64,000 nt of DNA from Halorutilales archaeon Cl-col2-1 (GTDB taxonomy: Archaea; Halobacteriota; Halobacteria; Halobacteriales; Afararchaeaceae): contig CP169074.1 in assembly GCA_041891055.1 (NCBI GenBank), positions 1,120,001 through 1,184,000 on the forward strand. Direction: 5' to 3'. Shown piece by piece: positions 28,916 through 39,149 of the stretch (the stretch's first letter is position 1; every line of letters starts with the position of its first letter). The notes under the pieces were generated by a model. That model searched no databases and was not told where the DNA came from. It was given only the letters and a program-made list of their open reading frames with translations. The translations under genes and the position numbers were made by a program.

Positions 28916-29775
28916 TGACAGACAGACAAGACGAGGTTCTGAGTCTCCGGTGTAAGTCACACACATACCCAGACGGAACGACGGGTATACACGAAGTCGA
29001 GTTCGAGGTTTTCGAGGACGAGACGGTCTTCGTCTGCGGCGGAAACGGAGCGGGTAAGTCGACCCTCCTCGAACATCTCAACGGAATACTCACACCCGAC
29101 GACGGGGAGCTACGTGTCAAGGGCGAGGAGATAGACGACTCGAACCTCAGGCAAGCGAGGCGCGAGGTCGGTCTCGTCTTCCAGGACTCCGACTCACAGA
29201 TAATAGCTCCGACGGTGATCGACGACGTCTCGTTCGGTCCGAAGAACTACGGCGCTACCGACGAAGAGGCGGAGAGACGCGCCGAGGAGGCTCTCGACTC
29301 ACTCGACGCTCTGGGTCTGAGGGACAGATCGCCCCATTACCTCAGCGGAGGTGAGAAACGTATAGTCGCACTCGCCGGGGTTCTCGCGATGAACCCCTCG
29401 GTCGTAGTGATGGACGAGCCCTTCGCGGGACTCGACCCGACGAGAACCGAACGTCTGATAGAACGCATCGGGGTTCTGAGGGAAGACGGAATAAGCGTCG
29501 TAGTCTCGACACACGACATAGACTCGGCGGCGAGGATGGCTGACAGGGTCTTCGTGATGAACGACGGCAACACGGTCGCCGAGGGCAAGCCTCGTGAGGT
29601 CTTCTACGACTACGAACTCCTCGACTCCGCCAACCTCAGACCCCCGTCGGCTGTGAGACTCGCGCGTGAACTCGGGGTCGACGGAGAACGTCCGATCACC
29701 CAGGACGAAGTGGTGAGACTGGTTCGGGAGTCGAGTCTAAGAGGTCGAGATATCGACGCGCCCGCTCGTGGCTGA
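28912..29775 (+). CDS. cbiO: ECF ATPase component
   Basis: GGNGAGKST, VFQDSD, LSGGEKR, MDEP, STHD. Confidence 0.9.
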   Translation: MMTDRQDEVLSLRCKSHTYPDGTTGIHEVEFEVFEDETVFVCGGNGAGKSTLLEHLNGILTPDDGELRVKGEEIDDSNLRQARREVGLVFQDSDSQIIAPTVIDDVSFGPKNYGATDEEAERRAEEALDSLDALGLRDRSPHYLSGGEKRIVALAGVLAMNPSVVVMDEPFAGLDPTRTERLIERIGVLREDGISVVVSTHDIDSAARMADRVFVMNDGNTVAEGKPREVFYDYELLDSANLRPPSAVRLARELGVDGERPITQDEVVRLVRESSLRGRDIDAPARG

Positions 29776-30345
29776 CCTCAGACGGTCGTAGAGTTGGTCG
29801 GTCGACTCAACAGGGACGCGAACCTCGAAGGTCACCGTCTCGGCGTACTCGGCTTCGTAGTCGCAGTCGAACCTCGACGAGTCGAGAACAGACTTGACGT
29901 CTCCCAAGTCGTCGTATCCGACCTCAACGACGGCTGTCTGACGCGGCTTTTCGTCGACTGTGTCGGCTTTTTCGAGACTGTCCTTGACTGCCTTGGTGTA
30001 CGCCCTCACGAGGCCGCCGTATCCTAACTTGGTTCCTCCGTAGTACCTCGTGACCACAGCGACGACGTTACGTAGCTCCTCTTTTTGGAGGACGTTGAGG
30101 ACGGGTTTTCCCGCAGAACCCGAGGGCTCGCCGTCGTCGTCGTACTTCTCACGGACGGGATCGTTCGGACCGACACGGTACGCTGAGACGTTGTGTGTCG
30201 CGTCGGGATGTCTCTCCTCGACCGTCTCGACGAACTCCTCGGCGGAGTCGACAGTCTCGGCACGCGAGACGTGTCCTATGAACTCCGATCCGTCTACCTC
30301 GAAAGACGAGGCGACCGTGTCGTCTCCTACCGTCGTGTAGGTCAT
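29737..30345 (-). CDS. IMPACT/YigZ family protein
   Basis: ATHNVSAY, DDDGEPSGSAGKP, VTRYYGGTKLGYGGLVRAY. Confidence 0.92.
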   Translation of the reverse strand: MTYTTVGDDTVASSFEVDGSEFIGHVSRAETVDSAEEFVETVEERHPDATHNVSAYRVGPNDPVREKYDDDGEPSGSAGKPVLNVLQKEELRNVVAVVTRYYGGTKLGYGGLVRAYTKAVKDSLEKADTVDEKPRQTAVVEVGYDDLGDVKSVLDSSRFDCDYEAEYAETVTFEVRVPVESTDQLYDRLRSATSGRVDISTS

Positions 30346-30444
30346 CTTTTCTTTATTTCGAGACTTCGAACTAAGATCTGCCTATAAACCAAAACCGAAG
30401 ACATTTGACCCTCGCGCGACTATGTCAAACATACCCACGTTATT

Positions 30445-32667
30445 ATGAACGAAGTACGTCTAGAAGTCGAGAAGGCATACCCTAACGACTCGGGGAGAGG
30501 AATTGCTCGTCTCGATCCGGATACTCTGCTACATCTCAAGCTAAGCCCGGGAGACATAATCGAGATAGAGGGCAACGACACCACAGCGGCGAAGGTCTGG
30601 CGTGCCGACCGTCAGGACTGGAACACCGACTCGGTACGTATAGACGGATTCACGCGTCAGAACGCCGACGTCGGCATAGGTGAGCGTGTCACTATACGTA
30701 AGGCTGAGACGGAGGACGCCGACAAGGTGGTTCTCGCGCCGCCCGAGGAAGCGAGTGTCCAGTTCGGAAGCGACGCCTCGGGGATGGTGAAGAGACAGAT
30801 ACTCAAACGTCCCGTCGTCGAGGACGACGTAGTTCCGGTTATGAGCTCGACGAACCATCCCTTCATGAGCTCGCCCGGACAGGCTGTTCCTCTCATAGCC
30901 GTCGAGACGGAGCCCGAAGGTATCGTGATGGTCACAGAGGACACCGAGATAGAGCTGAGGGAAAAGCCCGTCCACGGCGTCGAGTCGCGCGCGAGCGGTA
31001 TCACCTACGAGGACATAGGAGGTCTGAGCGAGGAGATACAGCGCGTGAGGGAGATGATAGAGCTCCCGATGAAACATCCTCAGATATTCCAGAAGCTCGG
31101 GGTCGAGCCGCCGAAGGGTGTTTTACTACACGGTCCGCCGGGTACCGGAAAGACACTGATGGCGAAGGCTGTCGCAAACGAGACAGGAGCGGAGTTCTTC
31201 TCGATAGCAGGACCCGAGATAATCTCGAAGTACTACGGAGAGTCGGAGCAGCAGCTAAGGGAGATATTCGAGGAGGCGCGCGAGGAGGCGCCCTCGATAA
31301 TCTTCATAGACGAACTCGACTCGATAGCCCCGAAGAGGGAGGAAGTCACGGGAGAAGTCGAGAGACGTGTTGTCGCACAGCTTCTCACGATGATGGACGG
31401 CTTAGAGGAGAGGGGACAGGTAGTCGTGATAGGAGCGACCAACCGTGTCGACTCGATAGACCCCGCTCTCCGACGTCCCGGAAGGTTCGACCGTGAGATA
31501 GAGATCGGTGTCCCGGGACACGAGGACAGGAAGGAGATACTCCAGATACATACCCGGGGAATGCCTCTCTCCGACGACTTCGACCTCGACGAGTTCGCCG
31601 ACGACACACACGGCTTTGTAGGGGCGGACATAGAGTCTCTCGCGAAGGAGGGCGCGATGAAGTCGCTCCGGCGTTACCTCCCCGAGATAGACCTCGAAGC
31701 CGAGGAGCTACCTCCCGAGCTCATAGACAGGATGGTCGTCAAGCCCGACGACTTCAAGAGCGCACTCAAGGAGATAGAGCCGAGTGCGATGAGGGAGGTG
31801 ATGGTCGAGCTTCCCGAGGTGACGTGGGATCAGGTCGGAGGACTCCAGGGTCCGAGAAGGGAGGTCAAGGAGGCGATAGAGTGGCCCCTCAACTCGCCCG
31901 AGAAGTTCGAGAGGATGGGTATCAACCCGCCGAAGGGGATTCTCCTCTACGGACCGCCCGGCACGGGTAAGACACTCATAGCGAAGGCTGTCGCAAACGA
32001 GACGGGGGCAAACTTCATCTCGGTACGTGGACCCCAGCTACTCTCGAAATGGGTCGGAGAGTCGGAGAAGGCTATACGTCAGACATTCAGGAAGGCACGC
32101 CAGGTCGCTCCGTGTGTCATCTTCTTCGACGAACTCGACTCGCTCGCGCCGTCGCGCCAGACAGACACGGGCACGAAGGTCAGCGAACGCGTCGTCAACC
32201 AGCTTCTGACAGAGATGGACGGACTCGAAGAGTTAGAGGACGTCATGGTAATCGCGGCTACGAACCGCCCCGACATGATCGACCCCGCGCTACTGCGGTC
32301 GGGGAGGTTCGACAGGCTCGTACTCCTCGGATCGCCCGACGCCGACGGGAGGAAGGAGATCTTCAACATACACACTCGCGACTCTCCGCTCTCCGAAGAC
32401 GTCGACCTCGAAGATCTCGCGGGACTCACCGACGGATACGTGGGTAGTGACATAGAAGCGATAGCGAGGGAAGCGGCACTCATAGCACTACGTGAGGACG
32501 AGGAAGCCGAGGAGATAAAGATGGAGCACTTCCGCGAGGCACTCAACAAGGTACGTCCGACGATCACCGACGACATACGTGAGTACTACGAACAGATGAA
32601 GGAGGAGTTCGAGGGCGGAAAGGAGCCAGTGACGGGAAGACGTGAGTCCCAGATCGGCTTCCGGTAG
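30445..32667 (+). CDS. cdc48: CDC48/VCP AAA ATPase
   Basis: N-domain plus two AAA modules (GPPGTGKT; FIDELD/FFDELD). Confidence 0.96.
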   Translation: MNEVRLEVEKAYPNDSGRGIARLDPDTLLHLKLSPGDIIEIEGNDTTAAKVWRADRQDWNTDSVRIDGFTRQNADVGIGERVTIRKAETEDADKVVLAPPEEASVQFGSDASGMVKRQILKRPVVEDDVVPVMSSTNHPFMSSPGQAVPLIAVETEPEGIVMVTEDTEIELREKPVHGVESRASGITYEDIGGLSEEIQRVREMIELPMKHPQIFQKLGVEPPKGVLLHGPPGTGKTLMAKAVANETGAEFFSIAGPEIISKYYGESEQQLREIFEEAREEAPSIIFIDELDSIAPKREEVTGEVERRVVAQLLTMMDGLEERGQVVVIGATNRVDSIDPALRRPGRFDREIEIGVPGHEDRKEILQIHTRGMPLSDDFDLDEFADDTHGFVGADIESLAKEGAMKSLRRYLPEIDLEAEELPPELIDRMVVKPDDFKSALKEIEPSAMREVMVELPEVTWDQVGGLQGPRREVKEAIEWPLNSPEKFERMGINPPKGILLYGPPGTGKTLIAKAVANETGANFISVRGPQLLSKWVGESEKAIRQTFRKARQVAPCVIFFDELDSLAPSRQTDTGTKVSERVVNQLLTEMDGLEELEDVMVIAATNRPDMIDPALLRSGRFDRLVLLGSPDADGRKEIFNIHTRDSPLSEDVDLEDLAGLTDGYVGSDIEAIAREAALIALREDEEAEEIKMEHFREALNKVRPTITDDIREYYEQMKEEFEGGKEPVTGRRESQIGFR

Positions 32668-32732
32668 GGTACTGTAGTACGCGGCTTATCGGTATTCTTT
32701 TATCCCATACGACTCTATCTGTTAACGTAAGT

Positions 32733-32805
32733 GGCCGGGATGGGGTAGTGGTTATCCTTTGGCCCTGTGGAGGCCAAGACCCGGGTTCAATTCTCGGTCC
32801 CGGCC
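32733..32805 (+). tRNA. tRNA-His(GTG) with encoded G-1
   Basis: Acceptor GCCGGGA/TCCCGGC, anticodon arm TGGCC-CTGTGGA-GGCCA, T arm CCGGG-TTCAATT-CTCGG, C discriminator. Confidence 0.95.
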
Positions 32806-32827
32806 CTTTGCTTTGTGAAGTCGAATA

Positions 32828-33262
32828 CTACTCCTGTGGGTTCTGGGTACTGATACCCTGAGCCTCGGCTACTCTGTTCAGCTTTCTGTCCGCGGATACG
32901 AACCATAGGTCTTCTCGATTCACTGTCAGTGCTGCAGAGAGCTGTAGACTATCGAGTGTTCTGAGATCCTCTGTAAGTATTAGACTGAATGAATACTCTG
33001 TAAGAGACTCTTCGAGAGGTAATATGAGGAAGTTTTCGAGAGCTTCCTCGAAAAAGGCAGAGAGTAGTTGATTCATTCTGTCTTCCTCGATACCCCCACG
33101 GTTGTACTTTCTACGGAAAGCGGATGTGGTCTCTATTACTGAGAGTGAAGTGATTATAACCTGTGACTCTTTGTCGTCGATCATCTCATCGACTTTTTCG
33201 GAGCCGTCCTCCTCGTAATACCTCTTGACTAGAGCGGATGTATCGAAGAAAAGATATCTCAT
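32828..33262 (-). CDS. vapC: PIN-domain VapC toxin
   Basis: FFDTSALVKRY..E..LRTLDSLQLSAA..FVSADRKL. Confidence 0.92.
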   Translation of the reverse strand: MRYLFFDTSALVKRYYEEDGSEKVDEMIDDKESQVIITSLSVIETTSAFRRKYNRGGIEEDRMNQLLSAFFEEALENFLILPLEESLTEYSFSLILTEDLRTLDSLQLSAALTVNREDLWFVSADRKLNRVAEAQGISTQNPQE

Positions 33263-33270
33263 GCCTGAAA

Positions 33271-33468
33271 CTACAGTCTCTCCTCACGACCTTCGTCGAC
33301 TATCTCTGAGAGGCTCTTTCCTTCAATCCCTTTCCTTAGCTCCTCTGTCTCGGATTCAGTTCTGTGTTCCTCGACGAACTCCCTCATGCTGTTCCTCAAT
33401 CCCATTGTCTTTGATTTGTTGAGTAGCTGTTCGCCCAAGAACTCAGTCTTATCAGAGGTTTTGCTCAT
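33271..33468 (-). CDS. Putative antitoxin (VapB position)
   Basis: Small ORF directly upstream of vapC ending SLSEIVDEGREERL. Confidence 0.65.
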   Translation of the reverse strand: MSKTSDKTEFLGEQLLNKSKTMGLRNSMREFVEEHRTESETEELRKGIEGKSLSEIVDEGREERL

Positions 33469-33546
33469 TCTACCGACTATTCGGGGTTTGATCTTAAAAC
33501 AGTTCGCCCGGCTGGCTCAGACGATCAGTAGCTGACGAAACCCATG

Positions 33547-34848
33547 TCATTTCTCCGTGTCGATGTACTCCCTCAGAACCACTGTAGCGTAGCTACCCTT
33601 AGGAAGCGCGAACTCGAACTCGACGCAGTCTTCGAAAGTCTCGTATTCGATATCGGTCGAGACGAGAACCGCACGTCTCGTTCCCTCCGAACCGTAGCCG
33701 TCGTCCCTGTCGAAGTCCTCCTTTTCGAGACTATACTCTTCGAGGACGCGTCTCTCTATCTCGCCGAGTCTGCCGCCGCTGAGATCCGTCTCGGAGCCGA
33801 CGAGAGGCGCGGTCACGAAGGCGCGCCCCCTCTCAACGTGTCGGTTTACGGTCTCGACGTTAGACTCGGTGACTTTTTGGAGGCTGTCTGTATCGGGGAC
33901 TCGGACGCCATCTATCTTATCGCCCGCGAAACAGACGACGTCACCGACGTACGCCTCGTCGAATCCCATGCCCTCGTCGTATCTCTCCCTCAGTATTACG
34001 TTGAATAGACGTGACTGGACGGCGTTGACGAAGAGACGCCGGAGGTTACTCGGTAGCGATTCGAGTGCTTCCTCGTACGAGTCGCCCTCGACGACTGCGT
34101 GGATCATCGCCCTCTCGTAGCCGAGGTAGTTCGGGAAGTAGTCGAGAGCCTCTTTGAAGTCGAGGTTCTCCTTGAGACGCCGACGTGCTTCCCTCGTCCT
34201 CTCGGGCTCGTCGGGGTACGGCTCGGCGACGTACTCGAGCACAGCCGACTCGTAGTCGTCACGGAGTATGTGTTCGCCGACCTTGTGTGTCACGGGACGT
34301 TTCGAGCCGAACCTCTGGACTCCGAAGAGGTTGGGTACGCCGCCGAAGTCGTCGATCTCTCCGTCTATGGCATCGAGGTTCTCGGGATTCTCGGGGTTGC
34401 GTAGCCTGATCTCGAAACGGTTGCCCTTGAGGTCGCCGAGCGAGATATAACGGTTCGACCGTCCGAGGTACTCGATCTCGGCTCCGTCGACTGAGACATC
34501 CTCGATCTCGTCGCGCGAGACGTCCTTCACAGTCATAAACTGAGTCGTGACGGCGTTCTTGTCCTTAGTCCCCGCCCAAGAGACACGTTCCCTGCTTATT
34601 CCGAGCGCGTTCGAGAGGTCACGTGCGAAGCCGTGTGTCTCGTATCCCGTGAGACGCACCTCGACGACTGCGTACTCCCCCTCACTGTTGTCGGAGTAGT
34701 CGAACCCCGAGACCTCGTCTACGACGAAGTCCTCGGGCTGGGTCTTTATCTCGCCGCCGACACCCGGTGTAGACGAGACGTACCAGTCAAGTCCTAGGTC
34801 GGTATCAGTGTTAGTATCGTCAGTGTCAGTATTAGTATCAGAAGACAT
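33547..34848 (-). CDS. truD: tRNA pseudouridine(13) synthase
   Basis: PEDFVVDE, AGTKDKNAVTTQ, GNRF, FGVQRFG, FALPKGSYAT. Confidence 0.96.
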   Translation of the reverse strand: MSSDTNTDTDDTNTDTDLGLDWYVSSTPGVGGEIKTQPEDFVVDEVSGFDYSDNSEGEYAVVEVRLTGYETHGFARDLSNALGISRERVSWAGTKDKNAVTTQFMTVKDVSRDEIEDVSVDGAEIEYLGRSNRYISLGDLKGNRFEIRLRNPENPENLDAIDGEIDDFGGVPNLFGVQRFGSKRPVTHKVGEHILRDDYESAVLEYVAEPYPDEPERTREARRRLKENLDFKEALDYFPNYLGYERAMIHAVVEGDSYEEALESLPSNLRRLFVNAVQSRLFNVILRERYDEGMGFDEAYVGDVVCFAGDKIDGVRVPDTDSLQKVTESNVETVNRHVERGRAFVTAPLVGSETDLSGGRLGEIERRVLEEYSLEKEDFDRDDGYGSEGTRRAVLVSTDIEYETFEDCVEFEFALPKGSYATVVLREYIDTEK

Positions 34849-34899
34849 AGTTATCTACTCCGTACTGCGTACTATTTCGACGTAAGCCTTCGTAATCAG

Positions 34900-35730
34900 T
34901 TAGGATAGAGTTTCTGTGGCGTCCCCGCCAAGAAGACCTGACTCACGTAGCTCCAGTGTGCCTTTCTTGGAGACGTAGACGTTCTTGTTATTAACACTGA
35001 CCTCACCGTCATCGACGAACTCCCTGAGAAGACCCGCAAGCTCGTTCAGGTACTCTCTCGGACGTTCTTCACGTATTCCTACTCCTCTGCCCCGTGCTTC
35101 GCCCCTCGAATGGGCTCTGTTGAAGAGGTAGATACGTACGAAGTCGCGTTTGACTTGGGTTCGGTCGGTGTCGAGATACTCCGGGAGTGTGATGGAGCCG
35201 TGGGCTTTCGTGCCGACCGGCGCGCCCAGACAGCTCAGAACGCGTCCGAGGAGAGTCGCGTCGTCGGGTACTGCCTCGTCGGCTTTCGCCTCGCGTTTTA
35301 CGATATCGAATCCGAGTCCCAGACTCTCGAATACCGACTCGATCACCTTTCTCTCTTCGGAGCCCTCGACTGAGAAGGTGGCTTTGTACTGCGACTTAGT
35401 TATACTGCCGCCGCTGAAGATCCACGCAGTCAGTCTGTTGAGACAGCGGAAGTTCGAGTCGTCGTAGTCGAGGTCGAGCCAGCCGTGCTCGCGCGCCGTC
35501 TCTATTCCCCTGAGAACGTCGGGCTTGCCGCCCTCGATCCACGTACGTATACGGCTACGTGGAACCCCCTCCATACGCGAGGATACCGCACTCGACTTGA
35601 GACCCGTCTTCCTGTGAATGTCGATCGCCTTCCTGTACTGGTCTACGAAGTCGTACGGCGACGAGTAGGTCTCGGCGAGATCCTCCTCGGTGACGAGAGG
35701 CTCGGCGTCTCTCCGGCTATCGGATCGCAT
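34900..35730 (-). CDS. Hypothetical protein with HTH-like N-terminus and degenerate LAGLIDADG-like region
   Basis: VPRSRIRTWIEGGKP; LTAWIFSGGSI; LGRVLSCLGAPVG.K; FVRIYLFNRA. Confidence 0.6.
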   Translation of the reverse strand: MRSDSRRDAEPLVTEEDLAETYSSPYDFVDQYRKAIDIHRKTGLKSSAVSSRMEGVPRSRIRTWIEGGKPDVLRGIETAREHGWLDLDYDDSNFRCLNRLTAWIFSGGSITKSQYKATFSVEGSEERKVIESVFESLGLGFDIVKREAKADEAVPDDATLLGRVLSCLGAPVGTKAHGSITLPEYLDTDRTQVKRDFVRIYLFNRAHSRGEARGRGVGIREERPREYLNELAGLLREFVDDGEVSVNNKNVYVSKKGTLELRESGLLGGDATETLS

Positions 35731-35845
35731 CTCTGTCTCAGCATAGGCTCGGAGTACATATCAAGCTTTGCGAGGAACATATCGGTGTGAACAGAGGTGG
35801 ACTCACACTAACTTTTATATAGGATTCGGTTCGTATGACACAGAT

Positions 35846-36235
35846 ATGGCACAAAAGAACAGGAAGAGGACGGACGACGCTGTGTCGCCGGTTATCGGCG
35901 TGATACTCATGGTCGCCATAACCGTGATACTCGCCGCCGTCATCGGTACCTTCGTGCTTGGACTCGGTGGTCAGGTGCAACAGAACGCTCAGGCAGGGTT
36001 TACTTTCGATCAAAGTGGTAGTAGTCCGCCAACTGTAACTGTTACACTATCTTCAAAGCAAAGACTAGACAGTTGGAGTGCTACATGTAGTGGTGATGAG
36101 GACGGAACAATAGACACTGGAACTACCACTGTTGGTGACACAAACACAATAGACTGTTCGTCTGGGGAAACAGTTACAATTGTAGGAACATACCAAGGTA
36201 GCGAGAACGTCATAACGACGTACGAAGTCAAGTAG
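35846..36235 (+). CDS. pilA: Archaeal type IV pilin (PilA family), copy 1
   Basis: Class III signal ..DDA/VSPVIGVILMVAITVILAAVIGTFVLG; start at ATG 35846. Confidence 0.93.
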   Translation: MAQKNRKRTDDAVSPVIGVILMVAITVILAAVIGTFVLGLGGQVQQNAQAGFTFDQSGSSPPTVTVTLSSKQRLDSWSATCSGDEDGTIDTGTTTVGDTNTIDCSSGETVTIVGTYQGSENVITTYEVK

Positions 36236-36483
36236 AAACCTCCATTCGTCTCGGTTCTTTGTTTTCTCGGATAGGCAGTATATTTATAAGGTATGTAAGT
36301 GTATAGTCTGGGTATGGTAAGAAAAGCCAAGGAGAAACTCAGTGACGACGCTGTGTCACCCGTTATAGGCGTGATACTCATGGTCGCCATAACCGTGATA
36401 CTCGCCGCTGTGATCGGTACCTTCGTGCTTGGACTCGGTGGACAGGTGCAACAGAACGCTCAGGCAGGGTTTACTTTCGATCA
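35873..36483 (+). repeat. 140-bp direct repeat (35873-36012 and 36344-36483) encoding the pilin H-domains
   Basis: Manual comparison shows about 6 mismatches, all synonymous. Confidence 0.85.
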
Positions 36484-36691
36484 GGATGGGACGGATGTAA
36501 CAGTAACTACAACATCAGTGCAGAGAGCAGATTCATTTACTGCTAAAGGTGATTGTGATACTTTAAATGACCCATCCACTCAGGTAGGTACTACAGTTAC
36601 TATGGAATCCTGCACCTCCGGAGGAACACTAAGGATAGTCGGTAACTATCAGGGCAGCTCCAACGTCATCACGACATACGAAATCAAGTAA
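36314..36691 (+). CDS. pilA: Archaeal type IV pilin (PilA family), copy 2
   Basis: Same H-domain as copy 1; start at ATG 36314. Confidence 0.93.
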   Translation: MVRKAKEKLSDDAVSPVIGVILMVAITVILAAVIGTFVLGLGGQVQQNAQAGFTFDQDGTDVTVTTTSVQRADSFTAKGDCDTLNDPSTQVGTTVTMESCTSGGTLRIVGNYQGSSNVITTYEIK

Positions 36692-36762
36692 TTTCGTCGA
36701 CGTCTCAGACCGTCCGTTTTATTTTTGGATCTTTTGGAACACAGATATCCAGGATTCCGTGA

Positions 36763-38664
36763 TTATAATCCCAAATACTCTGAGATAATCCGAACAACCG
36801 GCATAGCGGGTTCGTAGTTTATCATTAAGTCGGAGTAGCTCCACCAGAAGAGAACCAGAAAGACTGTCGTGAGACCGTAGACGAAGCCTATCAGTGCGTT
36901 TCCTATCCGTGGGTAGTCCCTGTTAGAGAAGGTGGAGACGAGGCTCCAGACTCCGAGAGTCGACGCCCCGAGTAAGTTTAGGATCGCGTGTAGCTGTACA
37001 GCCTCGGAGAGTGCCGGACGTACGTATCCCACGAGAACGCCGAAGAGTAGCTGACCGCCTATCAGGACGGTCACGGCATACGTCCACGTGAAGGTACTCG
37101 AAGCCATACTTCGGCTCTCTTCTACCGCGCGCGAGACTGAGGGTATGCGGAAGACGCCGTATATCAGAAGCGGTACTACCGGAACCACGTATCTCATGGT
37201 TATCTGTGCATGGACAGGGAGACGTGACATGTACATCAGCGTGAAGAGAGACGAGTACACGAGTACGAAGAGATCCGTCTGTCTCGCAGGGTTCGATAAG
37301 TCGAACCGTCCGAGTCCGGATTCACGGAGTTTGATTATGGCTATCACGGGTACTGAGATTAGTGATCCGAGGACCGGAGTCGATTCGAGTATAGTCAGAT
37401 CGATAACCCACTGGGACTGGAGCGAGTAGTCTATGCTCTCGATCCGACCGCTTCTTATGAAGGTGTGGTACAGACGCCGCGGCTGTTGTGTGACCGCATG
37501 AAACCCCTCGACGAAGAGGTTACTGAGTATGAGAAGCTTGTCGAAAGCCGAGAAGACGTAGCTCAGTGGCGGTAGCTGAGTTATAGCTCCGAATCCTGAT
37601 GACCCTCCCGAGGATGCCCCGGACGCCTCTCCTAACCCGGTTCCGGCTCTGCCGAGTAGACGTGGAGGCTTAAGCGGACTCCCGGAGATCAGGAAGTTCG
37701 TCAGGAAGAAGGGTATGAGAGAGACCAGAAACGCCGTACCTACCACAGTGAGGTGCTTGGGGCTGTTAGAGTCCGAACTCAGGAAATCGAAGGGTAGTAA
37801 GACCGAGAGAAGGAGTAAGGCTTCGGGGGCGTGAACCCACGCGAGTAGCCCGACCGAGACATACGACAGGGAGCGGTAACGGAGTTCGTCGTTAGGGAGT
37901 TTAGAGTCACTCCCTCTATAGAAGAAGTAGACAGTCAAGACCGAGAGAAGAGCCGTGATGACGTGTCTCTTGGGTATAGTCGCCCAGAAGGCTACCGGAC
38001 TCCCAAACAAGACACCCACTCCCGCATATACCCCGACTCTCTGGCTGTGTATCTCCGAGAGTAGTCGGTATACTGTGACCCCTACGAGACCCGCGCCAAC
38101 CATACTGCTTAGCTGGAGTCCGATGAACGGAATCCATTTCGGATTTATGGGGGTTGCGAGATGCACGTTGACCACGAAGAGAGCCACAGATACTATGCTA
38201 CTGAATCCTGTAACCGTCTTCTCTCTTTTCAGAATCCTTCCCAACTCCACCCCTGTCTGTAAGAGAACCAGACTCCACAGACCACTCAGAAAGATACGCA
38301 TGTCGGCTATCAGTTCCAGAGACTTGAGAATTAAGACAAAGGGAAGAGCGAAGAAGACGTGACCGTAGTTACGTCCGTAGAGCTTTCCATCGATACGGAA
38401 AGCACCGGGTGTGTTTCCCGACTCGGGACCGTACACGACATCAGTTACATGGAGATGTCCCTCCGATACGCCCACGACTGCGTTAGCAACGGTGTAGTTG
38501 TCAGTTATAAAGAACCCCACACGCCAGACCGACATGAAGAAAAAGACTGAAGACAGAAACAGGAAGATCCCAGTCGTGTCGCCGAATACATACAGTGATA
38601 ACTTCCTGAAACTCCTAGACATCTCCTCGTATCTGTCAACTAGTCTCGCCGGAGAAGAACTCAT
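36763..38664 (-). CDS. Polytopic membrane protein, possible GT-C fold glycosyltransferase
   Basis: 633 aa with many TM helices; acidic residue after TM1 (FFITDNY); late RYVVP motif; function inferred. Confidence 0.6.
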   Translation of the reverse strand: MSSSPARLVDRYEEMSRSFRKLSLYVFGDTTGIFLFLSSVFFFMSVWRVGFFITDNYTVANAVVGVSEGHLHVTDVVYGPESGNTPGAFRIDGKLYGRNYGHVFFALPFVLILKSLELIADMRIFLSGLWSLVLLQTGVELGRILKREKTVTGFSSIVSVALFVVNVHLATPINPKWIPFIGLQLSSMVGAGLVGVTVYRLLSEIHSQRVGVYAGVGVLFGSPVAFWATIPKRHVITALLSVLTVYFFYRGSDSKLPNDELRYRSLSYVSVGLLAWVHAPEALLLLSVLLPFDFLSSDSNSPKHLTVVGTAFLVSLIPFFLTNFLISGSPLKPPRLLGRAGTGLGEASGASSGGSSGFGAITQLPPLSYVFSAFDKLLILSNLFVEGFHAVTQQPRRLYHTFIRSGRIESIDYSLQSQWVIDLTILESTPVLGSLISVPVIAIIKLRESGLGRFDLSNPARQTDLFVLVYSSLFTLMYMSRLPVHAQITMRYVVPVVPLLIYGVFRIPSVSRAVEESRSMASSTFTWTYAVTVLIGGQLLFGVLVGYVRPALSEAVQLHAILNLLGASTLGVWSLVSTFSNRDYPRIGNALIGFVYGLTTVFLVLFWWSYSDLMINYEPAMPVVRIISEYLGL

Positions 38665-39149
38665 TCATTCACCTCTATACTGACGTTGTCACTGTACAAG
38701 CTTCTGGTACTGTTTCCATTACGCACGAGAACCGAGACAGTTCCGTTGTAGGAGTTATTCTGTATCTCGTCAGGCGAAAAACCATTCCTTCTCAGAGATA
38801 GTTTGAGAGAGTCGCGCTTTTCCTCCATGAAACGTAATGATGTTCCCGTGTAACCCAGCTCTGGTATCTCCATCTTATACACTAAGATCGGGCTACCGGT
38901 GATCTCCCGTATTTCCACTGTCGCAGACGGCGTGTGCAGGTAGTAAGTCTCCGAGCCATACATACCCGGTTCAAGCTTAAATACCTTGGACGAGAGACTA
39001 ACTTGCTTCACAGATACGGAGCCTTGGTTCCCCAGACTCACTCCATTATCTGCTTCTGCACTTATGAGTTCAAACGGCGAACCCGAAACTCCAATCCCAG
39101 CTAAGATAATAAGGACAGAAAACAGTCGGATAAAACGTGTCATGTCCAT
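38661..39149 (-). CDS. Hypothetical secreted/membrane-anchored protein
   Basis: N-terminal signal/TM; ATGA overlap with the downstream membrane-protein gene. Confidence 0.65.
   Translation of the reverse strand: MDMTRFIRLFSVLIILAGIGVSGSPFELISAEADNGVSLGNQGSVSVKQVSLSSKVFKLEPGMYGSETYYLHTPSATVEIREITGSPILVYKMEIPELGYTGTSLRFMEEKRDSLKLSLRRNGFSPDEIQNNSYNGTVSVLVRNGNSTRSLYSDNVSIEVNE

Noticed and set aside
32733-33550. Integrated provirus or island at tRNA-His
   Set aside because: No integrase and no duplicated tRNA 3' end (att) found in the window
34798-34845. Short imperfect repeat encoding DTNTDTDDTNTDTD at the TruD N-terminus
   Set aside because: Low-complexity acidic tail, common in halophile proteins
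35768-35845. N-terminal extensions of pilin 1 (and of brp from 7687, UDG from 45581, FAU-1 from 19079) in the ORF track
   Set aside because: They run through promoter/TATA regions or upstream genes; downstream ATGs fit the family N-termini
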